This document shows, piece by piece, positions 62,857-64,000 of a DNA stretch of 64,000 nucleotides; within the stretch, counting starts at the first letter, position 1, and each line of letters begins with the position of its first letter. The DNA is taken from positions 3,162,001 through 3,226,000 of the forward strand of contig NC_043004.1 of NCBI RefSeq assembly GCF_006345805.1, written 5' to 3'. The position numbers and the translations under genes are program-made. This DNA is from Octopus sinensis. Taxonomy: Eukaryota. Under the pieces are notes generated by a model. It was not told the DNA's origin, ran no database searches, and saw only the letters and a list, made by a program, of their open reading frames with translations.

Positions 62857-64000
62857 CATACATACATACATACATACATACATACACACACATACATGCA
62901 TACATACATACATACATACATACATACATACATACATACACACACATACATGCATACACACATACATACATACAAACATACATACATACATACATGCATA
63001 CATACATACAAACATGTGTGGATGTAGATGTTATTTTGATTCCCTGTGTATTAATATTAACCGAAATAGGAGGACGGTGAATGCTGCAATATGTACAAAC
63101 ATTGAACACAATAGAATAGGAGAGAAAACAATATGGCGAGAAGAAGAACATTCTTACGTGGAAGGAAAAAAAAGGAACTAGATGAAAACATTAAATAATG
63201 AGAGAAACAATGTCAGTCATGCAACACACCTAATGAACTGATTAGCTTTAAAATAGCATCGCTTTGCTGACGGTTTTATGTCTTCTTTGATTTCATGTAA
63301 TTGGATTTGGTTTTAGCCACAGGTGGACCTTTCGTCAACTGGGAAATTGAAAACACTGGACACCGGCAAAGAAAAGACCACACAAATACACAACACTACA
63401 AAGACTAACGACTTGTCTGCTTTTGTTTTGTTTGTTTTCTGTATTTTTTCCTTGTTTCATCTTTAAAAATATGAGCAATTCATGTGCAAACTGAAATTAA
63501 ATCAGAAAATACAGAATTGTTATATAGTAAGCAAGTTCGTTCGTTCGTTTAGCAACAGAATTTCCTTTAGCAGTTTATATATACGGTTTTATTGCTTTCT
63601 GTTTAAAGCCTTTTTTCTTACATATTCGTTTATTGTACGGCGATAATTTTGAACGAAAAAAAATCAACCTTAATTGTTTGTCGTAAACAATAAATAGCAG
63701 TGAACTACGCCATTGAATGACGATAAAGTTGTTTGGCTTCCAAAGAAATAGTTGTAATTTCCATGTTAGCCATCACGGTTGAAATAGCAGCAAAAGAACC
63801 CTTTATGGACTTCCTATAGGTTGTAATGGAACAGGAGGAAATCTAGGTGATGCGTGATGTAAAAGTTGCGGGGTAACTGCTTCTATAAAAATCCCATCAC
63901 CGAACTTCAAAGGATTCACTGTAGTCCTGTGTGAAAGTCGCCTGGTTATAAAAAACAAGGGAGCGTGAATAACAATCTACCTTTGCAAAATGATATGTAA

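Noticed and set aside
63318-63410. Possible terminal exon (GPFVNWEIENTGHRQRKDHTNTQHYKD*) followed by UTR-like sequence
   Set aside because: Acceptor is plausible but the peptide is unrecognised and two frames are open; insufficient support

Overview
AT-rich eukaryotic non-coding DNA, very dense in microsatellites ((TA)n, (AAT)n, (GATA)n, (CA)n, (AG)n) and interspersed repeats. The repeat landscape suggests a coleoid cephalopod (octopus-like) genome; this is an inference. No host gene can be identified: most of the ORF track is spurious microsatellite translation, and there is only one weak candidate ankyrin-like exon. Retroelements: a near-full-length but disrupted CR1/L2-group LINE (16.9-21.1 kb), a 5'-truncated Tx1/L1-clade LINE plus two extra 3' ends all sitting in one (GATA)n tract (55.5-59.2 kb), a heavily decayed Penelope-like element (10.6-12.1 kb), two R4/Dong-type 3' fragments next to (AAT)n tracts, at least four tRNA-headed SINE families with swapped tails, and a 5S rRNA-headed SINE-like element. 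DNA transposons: a DD36E Tc1 element, maT and mariner remnants, a Helentron-like non-autonomous element and several foldback/MITE elements. The most striking unexplained signal is seven hammerhead-ribozyme-like motifs carried by several short non-autonomous repeats. One has an intact catalytic core (9931-9991), one is two changes from a full type I hammerhead (61398-61455) and one forms the tail of a tRNA-headed SINE (39275-39608). All alignments and folds were done by eye and need computational confirmation.
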